Part shown: positions 1 to 12,400 of the stretch, piece by piece
Layout: each line of letters starts with the position of its first letter
Position numbering within the stretch: the first letter of the stretch is position 1
Assembly: GCA_019828565.1 (NCBI GenBank)
Contig: JAHDYR010000064.1
Coordinates: 186,001-250,000 of the forward strand
Direction of reading: 5' to 3'
Length of the DNA: 64,000 bases
From: Carpediemonas membranifera BICM
Taxonomy: Eukaryota > Protista > Fornicata
The notes under the pieces: generated by a model
The model's database searches: none
What the model was told of the DNA's origin: nothing
Seen by the model: the letters and a program-made list of their open reading frames with translations, nothing else
Position numbers and translations under genes: made by a program

Positions 1-267
1 GCTGGAATTACGTGAATCAATGTAATCCGAGGTTATCTCACATAAATGAGAAACAAGCCTCTGCCAACGTCATGATGAAACCCACATATCAGACGTAAGC
101 ATGCTGGATCGCCTCACCTGCCCTCCATGAGACACCATCGGCCACTCAGCAATGATCCGGATCAAAGTACGAGTCAATTCGCAACAAATGCCCAACCATG
201 GAAAGGCGCAGGATGGCTCTCGTCATACAAAACATGTGCTGAGCTTTATATGCATCTGGCAGCTTTC

Positions 268-1467
268 TTAATCGAGGCGGCGCTTGGCATCGCGCTCGAC
301 GATCTTCTCGAGGGTAGCGGCGGGGTCCTTGAAGCGGGTGGCGAGGATCATGGCAGCGATGGCCCAGGGCTTGTTGCCGGCCTCGTTCCAGGAGTTCACG
401 CGGAACTTCTCGAAAGTGGGGATGTCAACCTCGCCGTGCTCGCAGTTCAGGCCGGTGGTATCGCAGGGGAGGCAGTGGCACCACTGAGCGTCGGGGGCGC
501 ACAGCTTCATGCGCTCCTCGGTGCACTCCCAGTCGATGTGCTTCTTGTTGCCCTCGAGAAGGCGCTTCTCGAGCTCGTCGAGCTTCTCCTGGAAGTCCTT
601 GCCGCCCTTGCGGAGGAGCTCAGTGCGCTCAACGGCGAAGTTGTAGCCGAGCCAGCTCTTGGGGTAGACGATGTCGGCGTCCTTGAAGGCCTCGTCCATG
701 GAGTGGGAGACGGTGAACTTGCCGCCAGACTCCTCGGCGTGCTTCTTGGCAACCTCGATGGTCTCGGGGAGGAGGTCGTAGCCCTCGGGGTGGGCGAGAT
801 GGACGTCCATGCCGAAGCGGGTCATGAGGGCGATGATGGACTGGGGGACGGAGAGGGGCTTGCCGTAGGCGGGGGAGTAGGCCCAGGTCATGGCGATCTT
901 CTTGCCCTTGAGCTTGTCGAGGCCACCGTAGGTCTTGGCGAAGTGGAGGAGGTCGCACATGGCCTGGGTGGGGTGGTCCTGGTCGCACTGCAGGTTGACG
1001 ATAGAGGGGCGCTGGTGAAGCACACCGGCGTCGAAGCCCTCCTGGACGGCCTCAGCGGTCTCAACCTGGAATTCGTGGCCTTCGCCGACGAACTTGTCGT
1101 CACGGATGCCGATGCACTCAGTGAGGAAAGAGATCATGTTGGCGCCCTCGCGGACAGTCTCGCCGTGAGCAGCCTGGGACTTGGTGTCGTCGAAGTCCTG
1201 GACCTGGAGGCCGAGGAGAGCGGCAGCGGAGGCAAAGGAGAAGCGAGTACGGGTGGAGTTATCGCGGAACTGGGAAACACCGAGAGAGCCGTTCTGGAAG
1301 ACGCGGCAGTCGATGTTCTCCTTGTAGAGAGCCTCGAGAGCAAGGGCGATCTTGGCAGTGCCCTCGATCTGTTCCTGGGTCATGTCCCATGTACGAAGCC
1401 AGTCCTTGTTGTACAGGTCGATGTTGAGCTCCTTAAGCTCTTTGATGATAGATTCAATCTTCTCCAT
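268..1467 (-). CDS. ygeW: Knotted carbamoyltransferase YgeW-like (bacterial-type)
   Basis: Motifs FRDNSTRTRFS, HGETVRE.ANMISF, VNLQCDQDHPTQ, KKIAMTWAYSPAYGKPLSVPQ, DADIVYPKSW and HCLPCD match the YgeW subfamily over the full length. Confidence 0.92.
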   Translation of the reverse strand: MEKIESIIKELKELNIDLYNKDWLRTWDMTQEQIEGTAKIALALEALYKENIDCRVFQNGSLGVSQFRDNSTRTRFSFASAAALLGLQVQDFDDTKSQAAHGETVREGANMISFLTECIGIRDDKFVGEGHEFQVETAEAVQEGFDAGVLHQRPSIVNLQCDQDHPTQAMCDLLHFAKTYGGLDKLKGKKIAMTWAYSPAYGKPLSVPQSIIALMTRFGMDVHLAHPEGYDLLPETIEVAKKHAEESGGKFTVSHSMDEAFKDADIVYPKSWLGYNFAVERTELLRKGGKDFQEKLDELEKRLLEGNKKHIDWECTEERMKLCAPDAQWCHCLPCDTTGLNCEHGEVDIPTFEKFRVNSWNEAGNKPWAIAAMILATRFKDPAATLEKIVERDAKRRLD

Positions 1468-1534
1468 CTATGGTAAGAAAAGGGAGGTGTTAGACGCTAC
1501 TGTAGCTTCTGTAGCGTACACAAAACGAACAAAC
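1468..1534 (-). other. Probable 5'-UTR spliceosomal intron ending immediately before the ygeW ATG
   Basis: Minus strand GTTTGT (or GTTCGT at 1530)...CTAAC...pyrimidine tract...TAG|ATG. Confidence 0.55.
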
Positions 1535-2067
1535 TAGCAAGGCTTTGTCGAGACAAAAACTGTGTCCCGAAAACGAAGACGTCAAGAGAAGTCAAGATTG
1601 AGCACAACGGATTTTATATCAAGACCGAACCGTTAAGAAAGCCAACCGGCCGTGGTGAGCGGCCAATCCAGCCCGTGATAAGCCACCCTATTCGGTTTTG
1701 GATTTTCTTTGATGTGACCCTAAACTGCGGAAGTTCGATTAAGTGTTTCAATAAGAGCTCAAGGCCACACCATCGACTCAATCTGACGACTAATGTCATG
1801 GCCCGGATTTAATGTGACTAGTTCCCTGACTCGGAATGCGCAGTTTATAAAGATAGTTATCGGAACCTTAAGGATATCACACTAAGATCACTCAAGGAGC
1901 ACGAAAAGGCCGACTAACCCCATAGTTATGCAGTATTTCATGCACCCCACACTCTACTGTGCGCCCATTGCCCTCCCAAGCAACTTAGCTCATCCGCCCC
2001 GACTCGGCTCCCTTCTATCCCCCGCCCTCACCTCCCACCCCTGCTTCCCATTTCACAACATTTACTA

Positions 2068-3927
2068 CTACTCTGCAATCCCCTTCAGCTCATCCAAGAA
2101 GGCCAGCGGAGTCATGATCGCGGTCCCACCCACACAGACGTCAAGCCCGGACTTTGAATCACTCATTTCATAAACTTCCCGAAGCTCGCTGTAGCAGGCC
2201 CCGCCGAGAACGAAGTAAACGACCTTGCGACGGCTCTGGCGCCATCTGCCCTTGGGAGCGGCGACTGTGGCTAGGCCAGAGTCGAGAGTAGTGTCGTCCC
2301 GAGAAAAGCCAATCGCATCGAGCGCCTTGTTGTCCTTAGCTTCAATGATGGACTCAATATCCGAGTGAATATCGGGCATGAATCTGAAAATCTCATACTG
2401 AGTATCTCGTCCGGCCTTGGTCGCGGCGTTGTCCTTCTTTGCCCCCTTGAAGGGCCAGACGCTCTTCTTGGCATCCGACTTGACCACCGACTTCCCTAGT
2501 CTTGTGACAGTTGCCAACTGAACACGATCTGCTGGACTAAGTCCAGAAAGGTCAGAGAGCCTGTCGAGTCTATCAGCGGGCACCCCGCCGAGGGCAATGA
2601 TGGCGAGTAGGATGAGTCTTAGCTTGTCCGACTGCTTGAGTCTGTCTCCGTACTTCCTGACCAACGACCCGACTCCAGTGACGACTTCACTTTGAGTCAT
2701 CGGACGGATCCTCTCGCCGTCACTGAGGCCGACTACAATATCTTGCTCTAGTTTCCCGATCTCCATGAGCATTCCCATGAGTTCTTGGTCGCCGGCGATC
2801 TTGGTAGTCATGCTAATATGAGTGCCGTATTCCGTACGAGTCTTGTCGTATTCAGAGAAGTCCTTGAGCTTGTCTGCGAGCCTCTCTGTGCCTCCATCGT
2901 CCATATAACCGAAACGCGCCTTCATTTCGCGGCCATCTTCTTGGATCTGTTTGATTGCGTCGGAGATGAAAAGGTTGCGGACCTTCATCATGAGTCTATC
3001 AGTCTCGTCGAGCATCACAGTCTTCGGAACAGCGTCGCTTCCGTCTGAGGCGGCCGGCTTGTACTCGTACTCCGTGCCACGTATGTCGAGGATGTCTCTG
3101 ATGAGTGCTTCGTACGTGAACTCGTGCATAAGGGGCGCACAGAGGTCTGCTGATCTGTCTGTAACTACTAGGAGCGGGCGCTGGCCGTTGGGCTTGGTGA
3201 AAGGGTAGTTGTGCTTCTCGGCGATGTACTTGATGTACGAGGAGACCGTTGTGGCCACAGTCTTGCTGCGGCCAGACTTGGCGGCGTATACAACATCGGG
3301 GAGCTCGCCCATGGAGATGAATATGGTCGCAAGCTGCTTGCCGATGGTCTGGAGGACGATCTCGCGTTCTTTGCGGACATTGACGTCGAGTTGGGCGCCG
3401 AAAATCTCGGAAAAGGTCGCTGGGCAGATTACGAGACGGGCTTCGGGCGTGAGATACTCAGAATACACCTCCTGCAGGTCCAGGAGCCGGTGGACGAGAC
3501 CAGCTTCGCCCATGAACTCGATCAGAGGGTTCGGAACGCGCATAGTCATGGCCAGGACGCCGCCGCGGTATAGCTCGGCCTTGCTGCGCTTCTTGGGCTG
3601 AATGATGCCGTCTTTGCCCTTGTCGGACCAGCCAAAGTCACGGGCAATCGTCTTGATGTTCGTCTCGGTTGGTTGGACGAAATACAGAGAGAGAACAGAG
3701 CGGCGAGGAGCTCTCTTCAGCGATATGTTCTCTGCTACAGTGATACCGTGGTCTGTTAGCTCAGCTTGCGTGAAAACTGACGAAATGATTGGGATTGTCG
3801 TTGCATCAAGCACCAACTGCCAAGTGCCTTCGAGCTTGCCAGTAAGACTGAGCAGGTTCTTCTCTAGATCTGTGTTAGATACAAGTTTTCAGCACAAACG
3901 AGTCTTTAAGTGTTCTCTGAGAGACAT
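2068..3927 (-). CDS. Sec1/Munc18 (SM) family protein; 30-nt intron at 3870-3899
   Basis: WQLVLD..., DRSADLCAPLMHEFTYEALIRDIL, KLRLILL, VVYFVLGGACYSELREVYE; removing GTTTGT...CTAACACAG gives in-frame MSLREHLKTHLEKNLL. Confidence 0.9.
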
Positions 3928-4040
3928 TCTGTTCTGGGATCGTTTTGACCCGGCAAACCTGCACATTGGCCTCAATCTCCAACACGCCGTCAAAAGACCC
4001 GCACCTGACACTCTAGGGCACTATTTACCACCCATATCAC

Positions 4041-6130
4041 CTAAATACCGACACGCCACTTGAGCAGGCCCGTCACCATCTCCTCATCCAACGCTGCTAC
4101 TTTCAGCTCCTGCATCGTGCCTCTTGGATCACTCTTCAAATCCTGCAACACGGCCAGAGGGTTGCTCACCAGCAGTGGCTGTATCGCCTCAGTAAGAAGA
4201 CAGCCGGCCCCCGACCCGAGGAACGCTCTCGCGATACTGCCCAGACTCTGGCAAATATCCTCGACTGGGACTTCAGGGCTGGGAGATCGGACGAGCACTT
4301 TAAGGATGCGGATGGCGAGATGGACCTTGCCCTCGTTCGCGATGGAGGGGTCATTGACTGCTTCGTCAAGGAGGTCGGCGGCCGCCTTAACATCTCTGAT
4401 CACAATCTTTTCAGCCTCAGAAGTGTTCTTAAAAAGCGTGGTTGTACGCCTGAGAGTGTTGAGCAGGTTCTTACTCGCACCCGAGGGAGCACAGATCACT
4501 GAGACAAGCTGAGACATGTCGTTAATTGTGCGGGCGGCGTATTTTTGTACGAGACGAACGAAAGCATTACGGGTGTCTTGTTGAGCATCCAACACAGTCT
4601 GTCGCCCCTGGGGGTCGAGTAGGGCGATGAGAGAGGGCGATAGCTCTGCGCTGTTCAGAATAGTCAGCAGCGCGCTCAGGCTGTGGAAACCGGGCTTAAA
4701 CTGCGGCGACTCTGAGGTGAGTACGAACGCCGTGACCATCTCAAGACACCGACCAACCATGTTCGGCAGCACCGCGGCAAGTATATGATTCGCCGTCGCC
4801 TGCTGTATTGCCTCAGCCGTGGAGAACGACTGGAGCGCGAAGGATCGGCAGGTCACAACGAGGCCCTGGATGGAAGAAACGGTGTCTGCAACACAGGCAA
4901 AGGTGTGCGACCTCACCGCCCAGCCATCCTCAGTGAAGCGAGACTCGGCTGCTGAGTTGAATGACTCGATAACGCAGTCGGCGATGGTGGAGGCGAAGAA
5001 TGAGCGAATCTCACTGGCAGATTTGGATTTGAGCGAATCTATGAGAGATTCGGCGTCAAACATATTCGCTCGAGCGATGTCAGTCATGAGGCGAATGAAT
5101 GCTCCATCAGGCCCAAACAACTCGCTCTCCTGATCGCCAGTGATCGCCCAAGCCAGGGTTGAACACATGAGATCATCAAACAAAGATGGGTGGTCGATCT
5201 CCCCAGGCAGCGTGACAAGAGCGGTCGGAATCGATACGAACGGAGGTTCGAAACCGCTGATGGCGTGTTCAATGTCATTGGCGGCCTTGAGCGTGGTTAT
5301 TATGAACTGGGCGATCTCATCCAGTGTGTCAAGTACCGGGAACTTACGGTGGTACATCAAGTTTCCGGCATCTTGGTTGCCGGAATCGGGCTTCATGGGA
5401 ATTGTGCCGGAAATATCACACTTGATGACGAGGACGAGGTAGATAAGGTCAGTTACAGACCTGAGCTGCCCCAGCATGGCCAAGGGTGCTCTCATGCCAA
5501 GTCCAGCCGCTCCTTCAGTTGTGAGTTCCTTGTCGCAGGATTCTGCGATCCGTGGCAGCAAGTCGACGCAGAACTCGGTGTACGACGAAAGTACAGTGTG
5601 TCCCTGGTCGAGGAAAGCAGATGCGAGCAGACGCCGCCTGAAGAACTTGAGCAAGCCGAGTGAGATGTGTCTGCTGAGCCCCTCGACGGGACACTCTTCC
5701 GCGATTTGGACCAGACGACCGAGCGCTACGGGATCGGCCGAGGGGGCGTGTTCCATGGTCACTGGAGGGCGAAGCGAGAGCACGGGCAGGGCGGGGATCA
5801 GCTGGTCAAGGTAGCCGCCTACGATACGGGAGGCGAGGGCGGCGACTGAGCGTTTGTGGGCTGCGAGTTCGGTGAGGTCTTCGGCGGGCAACTGGGGCGC
5901 TGTGGCTTCATATAGCCTGTTAAGGCTGTTCAAGATGCTTTGGAGATGCAATATAGATTGGTGAGACGGCTTTAGCGTCGCTAATTGCTCCAATAGATCG
6001 CTATGTCACCGAGAACAGGGGAAACGAACCGGATATTGTGCATTGCCTGGCAGGCATCCAATACAGCCTTGTTTTCAGCGAAGTAGTTGAACTGATCGAG
6101 ATCGAAAGCACAAGGCGCAGCTTCGCTCAT
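4041..6130 (-). CDS. Uncharacterised alpha-helical protein (possibly a CATCHR/COG-type tethering subunit); 29-nt intron at 6001-6029
   Basis: 650-codon ORF; intron GTTCGT...GTGACATAG links an ATG at 6130 in frame; the family guess is weak. Confidence 0.6.
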
Positions 6131-6267
6131 CGTCATCAAAATGGTCAGAACAAAGTCGGCTCAACTTGCACCCACGACGGGTTATGCCTTATGAGTTGCC
6201 CGAGTAGGCAGACAGAATCGAATACTAAATTGCCGGTAAAAGGCTTTAGCCGTGTTTACTTCAGAGC

Positions 6268-6786
6268 TTAGAAGATCTTGGGGCGGGAAGCCTGGAAGAC
6301 AGTGCGGTGCTTTTTCTCAGTGCGGACGGGCTTGCGGATGGGCTGGGGGAAGCGGAGGTTGCTCTTGTGGAAGGCAGTGGTGGTGGGGCGCTTGCACTCG
6401 GAAGCAGAGATCTCAGCGAGCTTCACAATCTGGATGTTGCTGAAGCGGGAGCTGTGGCGGCCGGCCATATCGGAGTAAAGGTGCTTGGCAGCATCAACAG
6501 CGGAAACGTCACGGAACTCCTTGTAGATGTTGTGGGTGTTGGTACGGGAATCGTACTTAACCCAAACACCGTAGTTGCGAGCAACGGTGGGGCGGGCCTC
6601 AAAGATCTCCTTGCACTCGAGGAGCTGGCCGTTCACGCGCTTCAGCTTCTGGAGCTTGCGCATGAAATACCAGAAACGAGACCGGGCAACAACCTCATCG
6701 CGAGCGAAGATACGCATACGATAGATGGGGGTGACGGGGGTCTCCTCAGTGGGAGCAGCACGGCCAATAACGGTGAACTGGCGCAT
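6268..6786 (-). CDS. RPL18A: 60S ribosomal protein L18a (eL20)
   Basis: MRQFTVIGR...YRMRIFA...VVARSRFWYF...YDSRTNTHNIYKEFRD; the start is placed at the conserved Met. Confidence 0.95.
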   Translation of the reverse strand: MRQFTVIGRAAPTEETPVTPIYRMRIFARDEVVARSRFWYFMRKLQKLKRVNGQLLECKEIFEARPTVARNYGVWVKYDSRTNTHNIYKEFRDVSAVDAAKHLYSDMAGRHSSRFSNIQIVKLAEISASECKRPTTTAFHKSNLRFPQPIRKPVRTEKKHRTVFQASRPKIF

Positions 6787-6946
6787 TCTCTTCTCAACCA
6801 GTTTTTTTCTCCGAAAAAAAATCATGCCTGAAAAAAAAGTGGATGGCATGATGAGACAATCAGAACATGAGAGTCTTCAGTCATACAAATCCGTACAACC
6901 ACAATAAATATGAGCAGCAAGAAGGTGGCGAAGTAAATTTAATCAC

Positions 6947-7504
6947 TTACTCCTCGTCGGGGATGGGGCCACGCTCCTGGACGTAGGCACCATCAAGGAA
7001 CTTACGGAGATCCTTGTTGCGGACGCGGGTGCACTGCTGGATGGAAGCAGCGGTCTGGGAGACGGCGGCAATGTCGTTGCCCTCGAGGACGATACCGTCC
7101 TTGGAGTTGGGGTCACGGGTGGCGGTGACGCCGTCCTGGAGCTTGACAACGCGGACCATCTTCTCACCAAGGAAATGGCGAAGCTCAACAGTGCGCTCCT
7201 TCTCGTTGATGGTGGAGACGATGTTGAAATGAGCAGCGGCGCAGCGGAGCTTGTAGCGGTAGCCCTTGGTGACACCAGTGATCATGTTCTGGATGTGGGA
7301 GGCCACAGTGCGGAGGAGGGCAAGCTGGGCGTTGTTGTTGAACCAGGTGGTCACGACGATGGCGTCGGGAGCAGACTTGAGCTCAACCTTGGCGTGCTTG
7401 AAGCTCTTGACGAGCTGGCCGCGGGGGCCAGTGACGCGAACAACACGGCGACCGCACTCAATGCGAACGCCCTCGGGGATCTTGACGGTGAGAGAAGAGT
7501 CCAT
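6947..7504 (-). CDS. RPL9: 60S ribosomal protein L9 (uL6)
   Basis: VTGPRGQL, HIQNMITGVTKGYRYK, FLGEK, RNKDLRKFLDGAYV. Confidence 0.95.
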   Translation of the reverse strand: MDSSLTVKIPEGVRIECGRRVVRVTGPRGQLVKSFKHAKVELKSAPDAIVVTTWFNNNAQLALLRTVASHIQNMITGVTKGYRYKLRCAAAHFNIVSTINEKERTVELRHFLGEKMVRVVKLQDGVTATRDPNSKDGIVLEGNDIAAVSQTAASIQQCTRVRNKDLRKFLDGAYVQERGPIPDEE

Positions 7505-7507
7505 ACG

Positions 7508-7620
7508 CTGTGTGAGAAACGAGGAATCTGCGCGAAATGAACGAGTACGAGCAGCTATGAAGCAATAAAGCTTTTAGGCTCTCAAAAGTATCGCCAGAGG
7601 CAACAGATGGTCGTACAAAC
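7508..7620 (-). other. Probable 113-nt 5'-UTR intron of RPL9
   Basis: AG|GTTTGT...CTCACACAG|CGT ATG, with the same splice consensus as the coding introns in this window. Confidence 0.55.
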
Positions 7621-7638
7621 CTACACCAAGCAACCTCT

Positions 7639-7658
7639 CTTTTTTTCGCGAAAAAAAG
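7639..7658. promoter_or_regulatory. Perfect 20-bp palindrome C-T7-CGCG-A7-G upstream of RPL9
   Basis: CTTTTTTTCGCGAAAAAAAG; related T-tract/CG/A-tract motifs occur upstream of other genes. Confidence 0.5.
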
Positions 7659-7788
7659 TTGGTGTCGAGAAGGCTAAACGGCCACGCTGATTGACTTGTC
7701 CCTCGCAATAGTGGTTTGCTTTCTGTGCATTGTTGGCAATATTTGCCAATTTAACCTCACTGATTCAAAAAAAAGGGTTGGGACAAAT

Positions 7789-9161
7789 TTATCCGAAAAT
7801 GGACTCATAAAGCTTCTCAGCGCCTTCCTTGCTGCGAACAAGGTCCTGATGCTTCACATTCTCCACCGCCACGAAGTTAACACTGTGTCCATGGTTGCCA
7901 GAGGCCGCCCACCGCTTGGGCAGAGTCGTGGCCGAGTCGACCGGCACAGTTTGGTCGCCGACAACGTAACTCTCAACCTCCGCCTGGATGTCGAGCAGGG
8001 GGTCGCCGAAATCGCCCTTGGTGAGCTTGAAGCTTGACTGAGTCTGGAATGAGATCCCGTACAGAATTGTCGTGTCAACACCTGGCGCGCAGTCGTGTTT
8101 GCACCGCTCAGTAAACAGGCCGCGAGTCTGCTTGAAGCACTGGTAGATAAGGGGTTGGGCTGCGGCTGCCTGGTTGAGGAAGAGGCCCATGTCGCTGAGC
8201 TTGTATTCTCTACCGGCATGGGTAATGAGGTGAGTGTCCTTGGTGAGGAGACCAGTGTCAGGTGCGAGCCAGATACCGCCACACCCTGGGTAAAACTGCT
8301 GGGAAAGGGGAACAAACATGTGGAGAGAGCAGGAATAAAGGTAGCCTCGCTAGCATACACGGGCGGAACCAGCGGAAACTCGTGCGGTGCGTTGATCACG
8401 GCACCAGCAAGCTTCGGAGCACCTCCAAAGGGTGGGCCTGCAAGGTAGGCGTGGTGGATATACTTGTCCTTCCAGGCCTGGGTCTGCTGGCCAAGGGAAA
8501 GAGTGGTCACGAGACAGCCCATAGAATGGGCAACAATGTCTACGGGAGTGTTCCCGTTGGTCGCGTAAAGATGCTCGACGAGGGTAGCAAATTTGTCGAG
8601 AACACCGCCCGGCTGGTAATACTCGAGGGGCGAGGCCCTGAAATCGTATGGATGGGCAAGGTAGGTCTTGTTGTCCTCATACCCGGCAGCACGGAGGAGC
8701 TTGAACAGGTTGTGGCCGTAGTATGCGACGTTCTTGACCACGCGCGTGTCGGTAAGATACTCGACAGACTTGACCAGCGGCCAGAACGCGACACGGGTTT
8801 CTACACCGTCGCGGGGGGTAGTGATGCCGTCGGCAGAGAGGCCTAGGACGTTGTTCTGGACCCAGCACGTGTCCTGGCCGGGCAAGAGGTCGCTAACATG
8901 AATCCAGCATTGTTCATACGTGCCCTTCGTGGTCTTGTTGCACGCAGTCTTGGTAGGATCAAGCTTCCACTCAAGTTGTGAGCCAAAAAGGCCTGGGACG
9001 AAGAGAATGGGGTGCTTGACGCCGTCAGTGTTGGAAATGATCGAGCTCACAATGTCGGTGGCCTCCTGATCCGTGAAAGCAGAGAATGATGATTCGTCTG
9101 CAAATGAAGTAGCAATCAAGGCAAAAAGCGCCCATGCACAGAAGAGAGTGCTTCGTTTCAT
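7789..9161 (-). CDS. Secreted LCAT / group XV phospholipase A2-like alpha/beta hydrolase; 32-nt intron at 8286-8317
   Basis: Signal peptide MKRSTLFCAWALFALIA, PILFVPGLFGSQLE, HPYDFR, nucleophile AHSMG, GDQTVP, H; the intron joins ORFs 7854-9485 and 7789-8319. Confidence 0.88.
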
Positions 9162-9481
9162 CGCGTCGAGAATTCTGGACGCAGTCGAAGACCTGAAAAG
9201 CAGAAATTGAGTCAGGCAGATATCGACCAGATACTGGCGTGGCATCTTGGATCGGGTGACGAAATGGCATGCTAGTTGCTTTCGGAATAGGTATTCCTGA
9301 TCAACTTCTGCAGGGGTTGAGGCAAGCAGGCTGTCACTCTTGATTCTTCTCTTTGTTTCTCCTAGCAACACGTCATTTGCTGTCAACTTGATCTCTTCAC
9401 AGTCAATCACGAAAATTGGCGCCCTTGGGGTCGGTTGGTAACATTTATCAAACAGCAAATTAATAATATCTCCATCAAAGC

Positions 9482-12400
9482 TCACAGGGACGTCACATCC
9501 GACTCAGCTGAGGGATACAGTGGGTTCATCCTCGAGTCAATCACTCTCACGTCCTTCTTCTCAGCTTCCTCTCGCATCAAAACATGGTAGGCCTTGCGAC
9601 AAAACTTGACAACAGCAGGTGTGAAAGTATACATGACACTAATCCTGAACGAGTTGACTGCCGTTGCAATACGGTTCAAGGTGATGATCGCGAGAACGAA
9701 AGTGAGCAATGTGTTTGAGAGACTTGCGACCCGAATGCGACTCAGATAATTTGTCTCATTTGTGGTCATATCTATAGTCACCACAAGTGGGTGACCCGCG
9801 CCGTAGATATAGTCTGCTGTCGTTGTCCGCTCGAAGCCGATAACTGTGCCAAACTGGTATACATCTACGTAACTCCACCGATAACGATCCTTTGTACGTA
9901 AAAGCGAGCTCGGTCGCAGCGACTGCTCCTCTTGGACTCGGATAAGCGTCGGCGTGACTGACAGCTGTCTGGAAACCAGACCCGCGATGACGGTGTCGCC
10001 GCCTGTGGCCTGATCAATAAAAACGATGTCAGTGCTTCTCATCGGCTCGCACATGTTCGCGGTAGCTTCATCGGTGCAGTAGGTAGCGACAATGGCGTCG
10101 GCGTCGGCATCGTTCCCATCGGGCATGAAACCACTATTCACCTTGCTATGCTCGACAGAGCTGTGGATCGCCATGGCATAAGCATTGCCAAAGCCAAGGC
10201 TGATGGCAGCATCAGACTCGACGTTCACATTCTTAAACTGAAACGTGACTGTGCAATTACCACTCTTGTCATAAGCGTCAGCGAGCCTGTCACAGGTATA
10301 CACCGTCTCGCTGCACACAATTCCGTTGGCGTAACAGCCGACTGACTCGAAAGACTCTAGACATTGGCCTGAGCAATCAAGGTGGTCATACCCCACGAGC
10401 GTGACCCTCATAGTCACGCCCTGGGCGATCGCAGCGTCGTACAAGTTTTGCTCCACATTGCTGGCCTGAGACCAAATCACAGAAGTGGCCCTGACAATTG
10501 CGTTGGCGTCATGCTTGATTCCAGAGGAAGATACGGCGGGCTCCTCGGTGTACGAGAGGTAGAACTGGACCGCATACCACGCGATATACAACCAAATGAT
10601 CCAGACAAACGGTGTGCAAAGTCCGCCGATGAATGTACCGCGTGAACTTACGTACACGCCGTCTTTTCCGGACCGTCTGGCCTCATATGACACGAAGAGA
10701 CGCGGGTGGAAGTCAATTTGCCGAGAGACAGGGAGGATGGCGTCCTTGTAGACCAGATGGGGCCATACAAGTGGGTTGAGCTTGCTGCTTGTGGCGTATA
10801 CAGGAATGAGACTCGAGCATACCTTGACAATGAATACGGTGCACGCTAAAAGTGCGTAAAGGATGAGAACAGTGAATAGTACAATAGTCAGGCCGACAGT
10901 AAAGCTGGTGGTGTTATCAAGCACCCAATCAGTAAACTCTTGTGCATCTCTCGCAGTGAGGTTCACCTGAGTCGATGTTCTCATATCAGTCAGCGTCTTG
11001 TAGTCTAGATGCATCAGGCTCAGCGGAGGGCAGTATTCAGAGTCTAGGCAGTCGACGCAGACCGAGTCGGTCGAGTCGGAGGAAGAGTATTGCCGGATTT
11101 GACCAAAACTGCACGGCTTGCACGAGCCGAAGAACGAGTCGGATTCCTCGAAAGAAAGGTCGCACTCGGAGTATCTAGGGTATGAGAAGTACGAAGGATA
11201 GCCCAGTGGCGAGACAGCAGTCGGGATGAGCACCAGCCTCGGCCCATCCACCTCGAACTGGGGGTCTGTAAAGGATGAGAGGGTTGTGTACGAGGGGATG
11301 TAGCCGTCGGAGGATGACTCGGTTGAGGAGAATTCTGTCTGCACGTGGTTTGGTCGAACGTACGATGCGAAGTCTGCCGCGTCGACTTTGGTGGAATCTG
11401 GACCTTCAGTGACATCGAAAAAGTACATCTGACCGTAGGCCATGACAATAGATTCCAGCGAACCGTCAGAGGCCTGGCGCAGGGTCAAGTCGGTCCCGAA
11501 TCCCGCGGGGCCCGTGATCTGGTAGGCATGGCCGAGTTGGGTTAAAGCTGTTACATATCCGTCCTCAAAAGTGGCGGTACAGGAGACGTGCTTGACAAGG
11601 TTCCGACTGGGAACACCGAGCTCGACGTCTACGCGGTCGGTGCCGCCGCTGTCGATGATCACAGACACGGGGTTGGTGTCGCATGTGCTCACGTACGTCA
11701 TCTCGCTGGCGTCGTCCATTGTAAAGCTTCCCAGGACAACAGCACCGTCTGGCTCGATTGAAACGATATATGCGGCATACGTAAGCCCGTATGTCTCCAC
11801 CATGCAAACAGATATGACTGCAACCGACTCGACAATATCTATGGCCACAACGTTACCGTTAAGCGAGTGAGAAAAGTAAACCTCTCTGAGCACCGCATCT
11901 GAAGACCAATCTAGCGTGTAGACTGCAGGAACGTTGGCGTTGCTGACAACGAGGTGAGGGGGAAGATAGCCCGAGGTCGCCAGATCAGGGTTTGTAGAGT
12001 CATAACATGGTCGACTCACACCGAACACAGCTCCGGAGACGCCGATGGTTGGGTCAATGATGGAGAATCCGTCTGTCCAGTTTCCGAGGATCCACCCGGC
12101 CGCCCCGTCTGACACTACCGGGAGAATGGCAACTCCAGAGGCGTCGCCGTTGTAGTAGCGAGCGGCAACATACGGGCCTACGCTGCGGACTGAGTTATGA
12201 AGCGTTTGGAGGTCTACCCTGTTCAGCGAGGATGACGAAAAATGGGTCGTGTTACTGTAGGTGATGGCACTGCCTGCTACGAGTCCACTGGGGTGGTTTA
12301 GCGTGATAGCGCAGACGGCGTCGACGTTTGCCGTCGTATTACAGTCAACAAACGAGAAGATACGCGGAGTCACTTCGAAGTCGTCAAATATAAACTGCAT

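Noticed and set aside
268-1467. Bacterial contamination or chimeric contig
   Set aside because: Host-like codon usage, probable spliceosomal intron, no operon, and contiguity with eukaryotic genes
127-1476. 449-aa plus-strand ORF (and similar ones at 6307, 27011, 58711, 60257)
   Set aside because: Antisense shadows of real genes with strong C/G third-position bias; no recognisable motifs
7508-7620. Intronic snoRNA in RPL9
   Set aside because: No convincing C/D or H/ACA box arrangement seen
9162-9485. N-terminal 108-aa extension of the LCAT-like ORF
   Set aside because: Starts at a non-ATG codon and would bury a clear signal peptide; probably open by chance
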